A stretch of 64,000 nucleotides of DNA from Octopus sinensis. Its lineage: Eukaryota. The stretch spans positions 4,712,001 through 4,776,000 of the forward strand of contig NC_043017.1 in NCBI RefSeq assembly GCF_006345805.1, given 5' to 3'. Below are positions 27,857-40,793 of the stretch, one piece after another. A program made the position numbers and the translations under genes. Positions within the stretch are counted from its first letter, which is position 1. Every line of letters starts with the position of its first letter. The notes beneath the pieces were generated by a model. That model was not told where the DNA came from and did no database searches. It was given only the letters and a program-made list of their open reading frames with translations.

Positions 27857-28310
27857 ATTATTATTATTATTGCTTTTGCACAGCTTCTAACATTGGAGAT
27901 GTACTACAGTGTCAGTTGTTCACTACCAGTGAACTAAGGTAACACCTCTTATTTTTCGAGCACCTTCTGGAGTATTTGAGTGGTTCCAAGCAGTGCTGTT
28001 TTCTGCAAGTGCTCCACCCTTATTGCAGCCCCTATTTGTTCCATGTACTTCTCAAGATTTTTGCTCACTGTTCCCAGGGCTCTGACAATTACTGGTACCA
28101 CTACCACCTTTTTCATCGACCACAACTGCTTTACCTCCCAAGCTAACCTGTCATACCTATCGACTTTTCTTTCTTCCTTATCGCATACCTTGTTGTCAAC
28201 TTGGCATGCTATATCTACGATCCAGCATAGTTTGTTTTCTTTCTCAATTAAGACCATGTCTGGCTTCCTATTCTCTATCTCATGGTCACACTGAATCATA
28301 AAATCATCAT
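27857..28310 (-). mobile_element. R4/Dong-like RLE non-LTR 3' fragment in TTC8 intron 8
   Basis: DFMIQCDHEIENRKPDMVLI...IVDIAC...KVDRYDRL...LGTV...LQKTALLGT; short 3'UTR ending in (TAA)n. Confidence 0.85.
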
Positions 28311-28356
28311 TGTTGTTGTTGTCTTCATGCTAATGATTGTTATATATTTTTTTTAG

Positions 28357-28478
28357 GGAATTGGTGACCTTGATCTGGCTCACCAGTGTTTCAGGATGGC
28401 CCTCTCTAACAACAACGACCATGCTGAAGCTTACAATAACTTTGGGGTTATTGAGTTAAAGAGAGGACATTGGAAATG
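28357..28478 (+). CDS. TTC8: TTC8 exon 9 (122 nt; one base short for frame)
   Basis: GIGDLDLAHQCFRMALSNNNDHAEAYNNFGVIELKRGH then TGG AAA TG|GTAAC; ends in phase 2 whereas exon 10 needs phase 0. Confidence 0.88.
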
Positions 28479-28879
28479 GTAACAGCAGCATCTCTTACTT
28501 GTTGGGTTCTTTTTTTTCTGCAGATTTTCGAAAACTTTTGAATTAATTTAATCTGTTTTTTGGCTTATTTCCCCCTCCTTCTCCATCTCTTCTCACCCTT
28601 CTCTTTCCTCTCCTCCTCCTCTGCTCACCTATTCTCCTCCTCCTCCCTCTATTAGACGGGATTATGATTATTATTATTACTAAGGAGGCGAATTGGCAGA
28701 ATCATTAGCATGCTGGATGAAATGCTTGGTGCTATTTCGTCTGTCTTTACGTTCCGAGTTCAAATTCTGCCAAGGTCGACTTTGCCTTTTATCTTTTCGG
28801 AGTACCAGTTGTGCACTGGGGTCAATGTAATCGACTCACCCCCACCTCCCCCAAGCTGTCTTTGTGGCAAAAATTTGAA

Positions 28880-28929
<50 letters not shown>

Positions 28930-29278
28930 GAAGGCGGCAAGCTGGCAGAATCATTAGCATGCCAAGCAAAATGCTTAGCAGCATTTCGGCTGCCACTACA
29001 TTCTGGGTTCAAATTCTGCCAAGGTCGACTGCCTTTCATCCTTTCAGGGTTGATAAAATAAGTACCAGTTACGCACTGGGGTCAATATAATTAACTACCC
29101 CCCTCCTCCAAATTTCAGGCCTTGTGCCTTTAGTAGAAAGTGTTATTATTATTTACTTCTCATTTCTATTATATAGATGTAAAATGTAGGATTTTATGAA
29201 GACTATTTCTCTTTTATAAGATATTTCTTTTATCCAAATAATGTCTCATGGTTTCCTTTTTGTTTTTCTATTCTCTAG

Positions 29279-29362
29279 GCGAGGTCTTTCTATCAGTCTG
29301 CTTTTGTTTTGGCTCCGCACATGTTTGAACCACATTACAACTATGCTGCACTCAACGAGAAG
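29279..29362 (+). CDS. TTC8: TTC8 exon 10
   Basis: ARSFYQSAFVLAPHMFEPHYNYAALNEK; ttctctag acceptor and GTATTA donor. Confidence 0.93.
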
Positions 29363-30387
29363 GTATTAATACATTTACAGCAATTTCCTTTCTATTTTCT
29401 GTCTTCTTTAAATTGAAAAAGAGCCTCTGCACAAAACATTAACGGCTCATACACATCTCTCTCTCTCTCCCTCTTGTCCCTGTTATTCTGTTTCTCACAT
29501 CACACTTTCGCCCTCTGGTTCTTTTGTCGCTGTTCTGTCTTACCTTCTTGGTCATGTGACCGTGAATGAATAGAGATGTCATCGCATCAGTGATCTGAAA
29601 TCCTCCAAAACCTCTGTAGAATGTGTGTATGTGTGTGCATGTGTGTTTGTGTGTGCCCCTGTGTTGATATCACATGCTGGTTGTATCACTGTCATACACG
29701 AGGTGTACAACTGGTACAGTGAGATCACAAGGAGGCTGAAAGAGAAGGAAGATTTCCTTCCTGTTTTAAGACTGAAAGGTGGGATTTGAGATTTGGCTGC
29801 TATGTCTAGCTGGATCATATGACCACATAAATGCACCCTTGTTGGTTCATTCACTTCTGATGTATTTATCCATTTTATATTTTACACATACAATAAGACA
29901 ATGAAGATCATCATCATTTTACTTCCGTTTAACAATGCTGGTATGGGTTGGACGGTTTGACTGGAGCTGGCACCAGGTTCCATTGTCAACTTTTGGTATG
30001 GTTTCTACAGCTGGATACCTTTTCTAATTCCAACCACTTTGCAGAGTGTTCTGGGTGCTTTTTTACATGGCACCAGCACCAGCAAGGTCTGCTTTGGCAC
30101 TGTTTCTAAGGCTGGATGCCTTTCCTAATTCCAACCACTTTGCAGAGTGTACTGGGTGCCTCTTACATGACACCAGCACTGGTGAGTGTGCTTTGGCATG
30201 GTTTATTTGGTCAAACGCCTTTCCTAGTGCCAGCCACTACAGAATGTACCGGTCACTTTTTACATGGCATCAGCACCAGTGTGCTGTCTTTCATGAATTA
30301 TTCCTCTTCATTTTGTCTTTGACTACCAACATCTTCACTGATGAATGCTAATTGTTTCTCATTGTTTCTCTCTCTCTCCCCAACCAG

Positions 30388-30504
30388 CTTGGTGACCTGC
30401 AGGGCAGTTACAATGCTGTGCTGAAGGCATTGAAGGCCTTCCCGCAGCACACAGAGTCGAAGGAGCTGCTGCAGCAGTTGTGTCAGCACTTCTCTCTTCT
30501 TTGA
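30388..30504 (+). CDS. TTC8: TTC8 exon 11 (terminal)
   Basis: LGDLQGSYNAVLKALKAFPQHTESKELLQQLCQHFSLL then TGA at 30502-30504; matches the recalled C-terminus GDLQ-SY...AFP-H...L--HF. Confidence 0.93.
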   Translation, partial: LGDLQGSYNAVLKALKAFPQHTESKELLQQLCQHFSLL

Positions 30505-30759
30505 GGGTTTGGCTGCAAGAAGAAGAAGAAGAAGAAGAGAAGAAGAACAACAACAACAACAACAACAGCAGCAGTAGCAGCAGCAGTAGTAGCAATTGTA
30601 GTAGATATAATGATGACAGTAGCATCAACAACAACAGTGGGAATAACAGCAACAACAACAACGACAACAGCAGCGATGTCAACTGTGGCAGTAACAAGAA
30701 AAGGTGTCACAATGATGAGAGGTTGGGATTTACTGAAATAAGGGTTTGGAGAGGAGGAG

Positions 30760-30797
<38 letters not shown>

Positions 30798-31164
30798 TGT
30801 GAAAGAGAGAGGGAGGGAGGGAGAGGTGGAGAGAGAGGAAGGTTGTGAAAGGGAGAAGAGAGAGGGAGGGAGGGAGAGGTGGAGAGAGAGGAAGGTTGTG
30901 AAAGGGAGAAGAAAGAAAGTGAGAACAGAAAGAGAATGAGGAAGGGGAGAGGGTGTGAAGGAGAGAGATTTAAAGACAGATAAAGAGAGAAAGAACATGA
31001 AAGAGTGGAACAGAGAGAGAGAGAGAGGGAGTGAGAGAATAAGGAGAGGGAGAAGGGGAGATGAGAAAGAGTGAGAGGGAGAAAGAAAACAAGAGTGGAA
31101 GAGAGAGAGAGAGAGAGAGAAGATTAAAGCGAATTGTCCTGGATTAACCAGTAATATCTTAGGA

Positions 31165-31355
31165 CAGCGTTTTTCAGACTTTTTTGTCACGACCCACTGA
31201 AGGGTCAGGACCCACTGCTTGAAAAACGCTGATTTATATTCTGCCCTCAGCGTCCGCTTGCGTTTTTTTTCTTTTCCCTTTTATTTTGTCGAGACCCATT
31301 TTATTTATCTCGCGACCCACTGAAAAGGTCGGGGTCCACAGTTTGGAAAACGCTG
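31165..31355. mobile_element. hAT-type MITE pair or rearranged MITE
   Basis: CAGCGTTTTTCA...TGAAAAACGCTG (31165-31231) and a second unit ending GAAAACGCTG; outer 8-mers TCTTAGGA and CCTTAGGG. Confidence 0.6.
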
Positions 31356-32292
31356 CCTTAGGGATATAGCGCAAAGAAATCCAAAGTTTATTTCTGTTAA
31401 GACTTGAAGTTGAAGAATAAAATAAAAAAAAGAAAAAAGAATAACAAAAAAAGAAAGACAGATGAATAAGATCGAAAGAAAGAATAAAAACAAAAAAAGA
31501 AGAACGAAAGAAGAATAAAACAAAAGAAAGAAAAATAAAAACAAAAGAAAGAAAAATAAAAACAAGAAAAAAGAATAAAAACGAAAGAAGAATAAAAGCC
31601 TGTCTATATTCTTATATTTTATTGTCTCATGCAGTCTTATTTTTTAAATTTTTACTCGTTTTATTCATTAGACTGTGGCCATGCTGGGGCATCATTTAAT
31701 AAATGTGAATGAGTGTCGTCAACGTCAGTCTGTCTGTCCGTTCGTCTGTGTGTTTGCTATAAAAACTGGCAAGGGACAGAACCTAGAAATTTCAAAGTGA
31801 TTAAATGAAGACACGTACAAGTTATTTCCCTTTGATCACTACGCTCGTGAACTCAACCGCACACACGCACGCACGTAAAATTAAATTACAAACGTTATTT
31901 TTACGCAGTTTATTATGCATTTCAGGCTTTTAATAATTCGATGCTGCCTCAGCAGATAATCTTATCTCTGACAATTTATTGTTTCCATGTAAATAGTAAC
32001 TATTCATGTGGATGGTTGTACGAGTGAATAACACACAGATACGTGTGTGCGTGCGGACGTGCGTGTGTGTGTGTGCGTGTATATATACATATATACTCTT
32101 TTACTTGTTTCAGTCATTTGACTGCGGCCATGCTGGAGCACCGCCTTTAATCGAGCAAACTCGACCCCGGGACTTATTCTTTTGTAAGCCCAGTACTTAT
32201 TCTATCGGTCTCTTTTGCCGAACCGCTAAGTGACGGGGACATAAACACACCAGCATCGGTTGTCAAGCAATGCTAGGGGACAAACACACACA

Positions 32293-32366
<74 letters not shown>

Positions 32367-32640
32367 GACGGGCTTCTTTCAGTTTCCATCTACCAAATCC
32401 ACTCACAAGGGTTTGGTCGGCCCGAGGCTATAGTAGAAGACACTTACCCAAGGTGCCACGCAGTGTGACTGAACCCGGAACCATGCGGTTGGTAGACAAG
32501 CTACTTACCACACAGCCACACGCGTTTATATATGCTTAATGTGTGTGTACACTGGCGCAGGCGTGGCTTTGTGGTAAGAAGCTTGCTTCTCAACCACATC
32601 GTTCCGAGTTCAATCTACGGATGGAATGTATAAATATTTT

Positions 32641-32887
32641 AATGCACCGCTACATGTTTCCGCTAAGCACATGCTTCCTAAGACCATAATCCGTATTCCT
32701 GGGACGATTGCAACGCAGTCCGAACTGCTTCGAACGTTAATACCATAACGTCCGAAGAAATGAACGCATGACTGCGATCCACCCGATGTCCCTGGATAAC
32801 TGCGGGCTGTTCTGTAAATCATTCCAGGAATACGGACCATGATCGTAAGATACACGTGACTTGCGGAAACGCGCGTAGCGATTCATT
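32641..32887. mobile_element. MITE-like element with ~60-bp imperfect inverted ends
   Basis: ...GTTTCCGC.AAG.CAC...CCGTATTCCTGG pairs with CCAGGAATACGG...GTGACTTGCGGAAAC. Confidence 0.55.
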
Positions 32888-32934
32888 AAAATATTCATAA
32901 ATTCCATACATGGATTGTTGTTGTTATTGTTATT

Positions 32935-33142
32935 AAGGCGGCGAGCTGGCAGAAACGTTAGCACGCCAGGCGAAATGCTTAGCGGTATTTCGTCTGCGTT
33001 ACGTTCTGAGTTCAAATTCCGCCGAGGTCGACTTTGCCTTTCATCCTTTCGGGGTCGATTAAATAAGTACCAGTTACGCATTTGGGTCGATGTAATCGAC
33101 TTAATCCGTTTGTCTGTCCTTGTTTGTCCCCTCTGTGTTTAG
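32935..33142 (+). mobile_element. SINE family A monomer (at least 15 copies, e.g. ~3722, ~4250, ~5340, ~9820, ~22382, ~23790, ~28685, ~28930, ~43683)
   Basis: Head AAGGCGGCGAGCTGGCAGAAACGTTAGC, B-box GAGTTCAAATTCC, core GTCGACTTTGCCTTTCATCCTTTCGGGGTCGAT, tail AGCCCCTTGTGGG..AAAGAAAT. Confidence 0.9.
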
Positions 33143-33369
33143 CATTTCTCGTATCACTTTGAACTGTGGTGACTTTTTCACCTTCTAGAAAATATTGTAT
33201 CGCTAGCTTGTCTTTGTGTCTGGTTTGCAAGCTTCTTTATGTGGATTCGTGTGTTGGAACAAATTTTGTTGTGTCTCGACAGGTTACGCCAAATAACACA
33301 CCGAGAAGAAAGTCATTGAAAAAGTTGCAAGTAACAACGAAAGAGTTTTGACAAACAAAAACAAAACAA

Positions 33370-33535
33370 ATGCCTTCGTGGACCGCACAAAATGTCTTCG
33401 CGGATCGCACAAAATGTCTTCGCGGACCGCACAAAATACCTTCGCGGACCGCACAAAATGCTTTCGCGGACCGCACAAAATGCCTTCGCGGACCGCACAA
33501 AATGTCTTCGCGGACCGCACAAAATGCCTTCGCGG
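33370..33535. repeat. 21-bp GC-rich tandem repeat, ~8 copies
   Basis: (CTTCGCGGACCGCACAAAATG.)n. Confidence 0.9.
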
Positions 33536-34021
33536 GATACATGCGGACCGCGGACAGCAGATTGTATATTGCTGGTTTATAACAATTGTCGTGCTAATGA
33601 GACCCATTGAATCAGAAACCTATGCCCATGGCTGTCCCCTCATCTTCCTATAATTAATTCGTGTGAAAATAAGAGGATAGTCACGGGCTTATGTTTCTCT
33701 TATCCTCATATAATGTCTTAAGGCAATCTGCTTGTCCTTTTCCTTAGTGGCATGTCGGGATTGGAGTATTATTGAATGTTAAGGTTATATCCTCATCTCA
33801 ATTAGAGCTGGTGTTCATTACCTTTTGGAAATTGTGATGCATCTTTTAGAGGGGGAGATAATTTTAATAAAGCAAGAATTTATTTTCTATGCTATTTAAT
33901 TTACCTCTATTTTTCTATATATGTATGTGTACGTAGGTACGTAGGTACGTACGTACGTATGTATGTATGTATGTATGTATGTATGTATGTATGTATGTAT
34001 GTATGTATGTATGTATGTATG

Positions 34022-34077
<56 letters not shown>

Positions 34078-34167
34078 GTTAATCCAAACATGAAAGCACA
34101 AAAAAACACAACAACGTGGAACAAATATAGTATTATTGGACGCCCAGGAAGGAAGGGAAGGAGGAGG

Positions 34168-34202
34168 GTTTAACATTTCGAGCGGAGCTCTTCGTCGGAA
34201 AC
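34168..34202 (-). ncRNA. Degenerate hammerhead motif, same repeat family as 63672 (fragment ~34075-34205)
   Basis: GUUU CCGACGA A GAGC-UCC-GCUC GAAA U GUU AAAC; U4C and loss of the ACGU palindrome; flanks align with 63575-63710. Confidence 0.5.
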
Positions 34203-34222
34203 ATGTATGTATGTATGTATGC

Positions 34223-34285
<63 letters not shown>

Positions 34286-34658
34286 CTCTATATATATCTA
34301 CATGTGTATGTACTGTATACATTTTACAAAGACACACAAACACACACGTATATATACATACATCATATATATATATATATAGATATATATACATACATAC
34401 ATTCATACATATACATACATACATACCTACATACATATATATATATATATGGGTATCTTTTTCACTTTTCTATTACTTGCACACACACATACACATATAT
34501 ATATATATATACATACACATTTGTTCATTTGTTAAAGTGTAAGGGGGGGGTAAGTACTTTATTCACTTAGTTTACTTCCCGCCCCCTCCCCACCACCCGT
34601 TCAATTGAAGTCTTGAAGTCTCTTTAAATTACATTCTATTTTTTTCCCGCCACTCTCC

Positions 34659-34693
<35 letters not shown>

Positions 34694-35537
34694 CACAAAC
34701 ACATTTAAAAACCCTCCTCTTTCTTTCTCTCCCCTCTTATACATGCGTGCATACACACATACATACATATACACATACATACATATACACATACATGCAC
34801 TTAGACTTTTTCCATTCTGTCTCTCTATCTTGGTCTCTCTCTCTCTCTGTAGATTACCACAAGCTTGCACTCTCTCTGTCTGTCCTTCTGTCTTTCTGTG
34901 TGTGTGTGTGTGCGTGCGTGTATGCGTGTGTGTGTATGTGTCTGTTTGTCTGTCTGTCTGTCCGTTTCTCTCTCTCTCTCTCTCTCTCTGTCACATACAC
35001 TCTCCTACACACACACATTTGGACTCCGTCCTCTCTGCCTTTGCCTCTTTGTCTGTTTGTCTGTCTGTCTGTCTGATTCTGTCTCTGTCTGTCTGTCTGT
35101 CTCTCTCTCTCATTCTCTTCTTCTTTCTTCATCTCCACAAACAGACTCTTCCCCCTCAACTCTCTCTCTCTCTCCCTCCCTCTCTCTTTCCCTTCCTGTT
35201 TTACTTTTCCGTGTCTACCTGGAAAATAAGTGTTCCCGGTTTGTCTGCAAAAATCTGTTAAGTGCTTCAAGATAATAAAGCAGAAACAAAAGTGATAGGT
35301 GACAGCGGCGGCGGAGGCGGTGTCGGCGGGTGTGGGGGATACATTAGACTGGCTGGATAGCATTACCGAACGTTTCCAACCATTCTCCGACGAAAAAAGA
35401 GAAAAAGGAAAAGAAAGAATAGAAGAAAAACTTCGGAACGGAGAATAGATGTTGGAATAAGAATGGAATTGAAACTCAAAAAAAAAATTTAAAAGAAAAA
35501 AAAATTCAGAAACAGGGAGCAAAAACATCGTTTATTC

Positions 35538-35805
35538 GATGATGATGATGACGACGACGATGGCAATGATGATGATGATGGTAATGACGATGATGATGAT
35601 GAAGATGATGATGGTAATGATGATAATGGTGATGATGATGGCGACGACGACAACGATGATGATGGTGGTGGTGATGATAACAATGATGCTGATGACGATG
35701 ATGATAATGATTATGATGATGATGGTGGTGATAATGATGATGATGACGATGATGATGTTGATGATGATGATGATGACAACAAAGACGACGACGACGATGA
35801 TGAAA
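35538..35805. repeat. Imperfect (GAT)n trinucleotide tract
   Basis: Direct reading. Confidence 0.95.
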
Positions 35806-36798
35806 AGTAACATCACCACCACCCTCACCGCCACCACATCATTATCTCCTTCTATGCCCTCCTTCTATATTTGCTGGATTTTTGCTAAAAACCTGAAACC
35901 ATGGAGCGTTCCATCAACCTTTTAACTTGTCCAAAGCATTTCCCTAAGTTTTGTCCTGAATGTCCATGCTTGTTTTCAGATTTTTAATTTGTCTTAGTTC
36001 CGTACGTTCTGAGCAATGTACAGGCTTTCCTTTCACAGGTCCCAACTTACTTTGGTGATTGGAAAAGAAACTACTTGTTGATCAACCGAGATTCTCCGGC
36101 AGACTAATTAGTCGTCTGTTTTATTCTAAATATTCAAAAATGCAAACTTATTTTATTCTTTGGGTTTGTAATCTTTGAGTGTGAAGTGAAACAATTGTAG
36201 GCCTTATTAAAAATGTTAATAAAATAATTTATATTCATTAAATCGCGCCATTTTCTTACTTAATAATAATAATATTAATAATAATAATAATAATACACAC
36301 ACACACACAAACACGACGAGGTTCTTTTAGTTTCCGCCTACCAAATCCACTCTCAAAGCTTTTGTTGGCCTGCGGCTATAGCAGAAGACACTTGCCCAAG
36401 GTGGCACTGATTGTAACTAATTTTCTGACAAATTGTATACATTTTGTTTTTGGTAAGAGAAGCTGTCTAAGATTTGTGCTGAGGCAGTTAGTTATCAACC
36501 AAATACCTCCACAATTACAGGTATATTTCTCGAACTATAGTCCGGCTGAAGTATCTGCGGATTTCTCCTTTATCCGCCATTGTTGGTCTCCTTCTCCTTT
36601 ATCTGTGACATTATGTTATCGTCTGCTTGAAAACTGATTGCCACAGCGGGTGGACGCTGTCTTTTCCCCTGATGCATATGTTTGGCTTGGTCTGGTCTTT
36701 TGTGGTCTGGTCTGGTCTGGTGTGTTGGTGTGTGTGTGTGTGTGTGAATATTTTATGACTAATCAACTGGAAATAGAAGAGAGAGAGAAAACGTTTAA

Positions 36799-36836
<38 letters not shown>

Positions 36837-36972
36837 TAGGTATTTATATATATATCAGTATACGTTTATGTTGGTTTTAGTATATCTTTTTGCTTCTCCC
36901 GCCTCCCCACCTATCTCTCTCTCTCTCTCCACACACACACATGTATGTATACATACACACATCTATCTATCC

Positions 36973-37070
<98 letters not shown>

Positions 37071-37144
37071 ATGCATATATGCATACATAATACACACAGT
37101 CATATATGTGAGTATGTGTGTGTGTATTTATATGCATTATATAT

Positions 37145-37193
<49 letters not shown>

Positions 37194-37273
37194 ATGTATA
37201 TATATATATATGTATATATGAATATAAATATATGTATGTATATATAAAGAAATAAATATATGCATATATATAT

Positions 37274-37305
<32 letters not shown>

Positions 37306-37870
37306 ATATATATTAGTATGTATGAGATTTCCTTCATGTGAGTGAAAAGGCGGAAAGGCGCCCCGCTCGCTCCCGACTTCTTGTTGACATAGATTGATTG
37401 CTTTTCACTCCACTATAAGGAATCTTCTGCTGCAGTCCAACGGTTCGCTCCATTAGATGAAGGTATCCATTACGGACTGTTCTGTCCGGTCTTCTTGCTT
37501 GGAAAATGTTTAGATTTAAACACAATGGCCTGACGGGAAATAAGACGGAGCGAAGACACACAGACTGGCAGAATAAACACCTTGGACACGGAACTGCTTC
37601 TCCCATTGTCTGTCTGCCATCGTACTTTAATCTTCGATCATCGATGAATTGAACTGTCTATATCCAGGTGAGGAGTTGGTGGCGGCGGCAGGGGTGGTGG
37701 TGGGTCAATTACATAGATACATACATGTATACGTACATATATACATACATACACGTTCATATACACACAGTATGCGCGTACACACACACACGCACACACA
37801 CACAAACGCATATTTTTATATATATATGTGCTTGCGCGCGCATGTATGTATGTGTGTGTATATATATATG

Positions 37871-37901
<31 letters not shown>

Positions 37902-37932
37902 ATATATGAGTGTGTGTGTGTGTGTATGTATG

Positions 37933-37971
<39 letters not shown>

Positions 37972-37977
37972 GCATGC

Positions 37978-38320
37978 CACCAAGATTAGTGGCAGTGTGC
38001 AGGCGAATGGCCGGATGGATTCTGAGAATCTTCAGTACAAGGGACCAGGAAACTATGCTGGTCCTATGGAGGACATTTGCCCTCAGCCGTCTGGACTACT
38101 TTCCTCAACTGTGGTCGCCCTACACTGTAGGAATAATAGCAGAACTTGAGGCGATTCAGCGATGCTACACGGGAAAGATTGCATTAAGTGAACAGCCGAG
38201 CTACTGGGAGAAACTGAATGAGCTACGACTCTACTCCCTGGAGCGAAAACGGCAGGGGTACGCAGTGATATGTGTATGGAAGATACTGGAGGGGCTGGCA
38301 CCAGACCTAGAAATGGACGC
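37978..38320 (+). mobile_element. CR1/L2-group LINE 3' ORF2 fragment
   Basis: [11 protein letters not shown]...SRLDYFPQLWSPY...LEAIQR...YWEKLNELRLYSLERKR...VWKILEGL. Confidence 0.85.
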
Positions 38321-38336
38321 CACTGCACTGTTCCAC

Positions 38337-38388
<52 letters not shown>

Positions 38389-38487
38389 TAGTGCACAATC
38401 GGAACACACTCATGGATTCAAATTCCCTACTGCTTTTCTTTAATCTCTCTCTGTATATAAAGCTGAAGTTGTCTGTGTACGGCAGGT

Positions 38488-38587
38488 NNNNNNNNNNNNN
38501 NNNNNNNNNNNNNNNNNNNNNNNNNNNNNNNNNNNNNNNNNNNNNNNNNNNNNNNNNNNNNNNNNNNNNNNNNNNNNNNNNNNNNNN
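38488..38587. other. Assembly gap (100 N)
   Basis: Exactly 100 N; adjacency of the two sides is not guaranteed. Confidence 1.
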
Positions 38588-39023
38588 ATGTAGTATTCCA
38601 GTCTCAAGATTTTCGTTTATATCCTTGTTCATTGACGTTCTTTTTTTTTTCTGTCGTTGTTGAAAGACCCACGTCAACCTTGATTAAGCAGATTTATAGT
38701 CAAAACGTTCTAACCGTGACCATCTCGTATTTCCAGACATATCTTATCACCGACTATATGATCCAATATGTGGTTTCTAGACGGTTAAATTTGGGTGGAT
38801 TGATTATTATTTCTAGCAGGTCGATTGTCGATATTGAAGCTTCCTTGTTCAGCTGGACGACAACTGAGGACGGTAATGGCGGACGTGGAACCACTATCAG
38901 GCCCCTGTGTCAATGTTATTCGACTGTGAGAAGAGGTGACAGATATGTGAGGAAAGATTTCCTGTCAATGGGCATAAGATAAAATAAGAACAATAATAAA
39001 CGAGTGAAGAACGAATATATAGT

Positions 39024-39417
39024 GCGCGGCTGTGTGGTAAGTAGCTTGCTTACCAACCACATGGTTCCGGGTTCAGTCCCACTGCGTGGCACCTTGAGCA
39101 AGTGTTTTCTACTATAGCCTCAGACTAACCAAAGTCGTGTGAGTGAATTTGGTAGACGGAAACTGAAAGAAGCCCGTCGTATATATGCATATGTATATAT
39201 ACATGTGTGTGTTTGTGTGTCTGTGTTTGTCCCCCCCCCAACATCGCTTGACAAGCGATGCTGGTGTGTTTACGTCCCCGTAACTTAACGGTTCGGCATA
39301 AGAGACTGATAGAATTAGTATTAGGCTTACAAAGAATAAGTCCTGGGGTCGATTTGTTCGATTAAAGGAGGTGCTCCAGCATGGCCGCAGTCAAATGACT
39401 GAAACAAGTAAAAGAGT
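39024..39417 (+). mobile_element. tRNA-derived SINE family B with internal (TA)/(TG) microsatellite (also ~2952-3380 +, ~11560-11905 -, ~32097-32520 -, ~52040-52540 +, ~54410-54705 -)
   Basis: Head GGCTGTGTGGTAAG...GGTTCAGTCCC, then GCACCTTGGGCAAGT; tail GGTGCTCCAGCATGGCCGCAGTCAAATGACTGAAACAAGTAAAAGA; many dispersed copies. Confidence 0.85.
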
Positions 39418-40757
39418 ATTTGACAAGAAGAAAAAAAAATGACCGTTCAGAAATATAACAATATCTGTTTCAACACACGATTTCACATCAAGAATCTTGC
39501 AAAACAAATCCATAAACGTAACATAAAAGAAAAAGCTGGTAAAATCCCTTAATTTTATTGACATAACTCCCTCATTATGCTTCGTACACAGGCGCCTTTG
39601 TATAGTACATTCTAGAGATATTTTAAATATTTCGGAGACAGCAGCTGTGGTACACTACTCCAACGTACTTACTGTACTCAGCAACTTCCCTAGGAAGGCA
39701 ATTCACTGGCTTTGCAGTCGATGCATAGGAGGCGCAATGGCCCAGTGGTTAGGGCAGCGGACCGTCGGTCATAGGATCGCGGTTTCGATTCCCAGACCGG
39801 GCGTTGTGAGTGTTTATTGAGCGAAAACACCTAAAGCTCCACGAGGCTCCGGCAGGGATGGTGGTGATCCCTGCTGTACTCTTTCACCACAACTTCCTCT
39901 CACTCTTACTTCCTGTTTCTGTTGTACCTGTATTTCAAAGGGCCGGCCTTGTCACTCTCTGTGTCACGTTGAATATCCCAGAGAACTATGTTAAGGGTAC
40001 ACGTGTCTGTGGAGTGCTCAGCCTTACACGTTAATTTTACGAGCAGGCTGTTCCGTTGATCGGATCAACCGGAACCCTCATCGTCGTAATCGACGCAGTG
40101 CTTCCTAGTCGATGCATGATAGCCACTACAGTTACATGTGAACAATGCAATAATCCTGAACGACTGATGAGCTGAGAGCTATACAGAAAGAACCGACGGG
40201 AAGTGGCGGCGCCGTTTCTGTCAATTAATGATCTTTGGTTACGTATATTGGACGGATGAGACGTTTTGGCGTCGATGATTCGACGCTGACGTAAGACGTA
40301 TTAATGTTGTTCTCTCTCTCTCTCCCTCCCTGTTTCTCTCTCTCACTCTGAGAATCTAGGTTGTGTGTAATGTCTCTCTTTCTCCGTCTCTGTCTCTCCC
40401 TCTCTCTCCTTATCCACATTCTCTTTGTAAGCCTTTCTCTTTGTGTATGTATTTATCAGTCGTATTCAACTAATACATTGTAATATATCGTTCTCTTCCC
40501 CTTACTCTCTATTTGTGTGTGTGTGTGTAGCAAACGCAACTGTGATCAAGAGCCGAGAGTTTCGTACGTAGGCACTTATCAAACTTATGAACACACGAAA
40601 CACTCAGCCCTCGAGTCACTCTGCTACTTCTGCTAAATATTAACAAAAATATACGCATACTCATATTTTGAGTTATATTTCACACACACAAACACAGAAA
40701 TATAACCACACGTAGACGGTTGATGGTTTTCCTTGTTTCATGGACTTTTCCCTTTCT

Positions 40758-40793
40758 CCTTTCCGACAAAGAGCCATGCTCGAAACGTTATGA
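40758..40793 (+). ncRNA. Degenerate hammerhead motif (Penelope-like fragment)
   Basis: CCGACAA A GAGC-CAU-GCUC GAAA C GUU; core mutated, stem II and the GAAAC GU segment retained. Confidence 0.4.

Noticed and set aside
30505-31130. Extended ORFs after the TTC8 stop (poly-N/S/E, L-rich)
   Set aside because: Trinucleotide and (GA)n tracts in the presumptive 3'UTR.
33370-33535. CRISPR-like or coding repeat
   Set aside because: Contiguous tandem units without unique spacers; eukaryotic context.
40164-40195. CTGATGA GCT-GAG-AGC ... GAAA hammerhead-like string
   Set aside because: Six extra bases separate stem II from GAAA, and there is no stem III or cleavage triplet.
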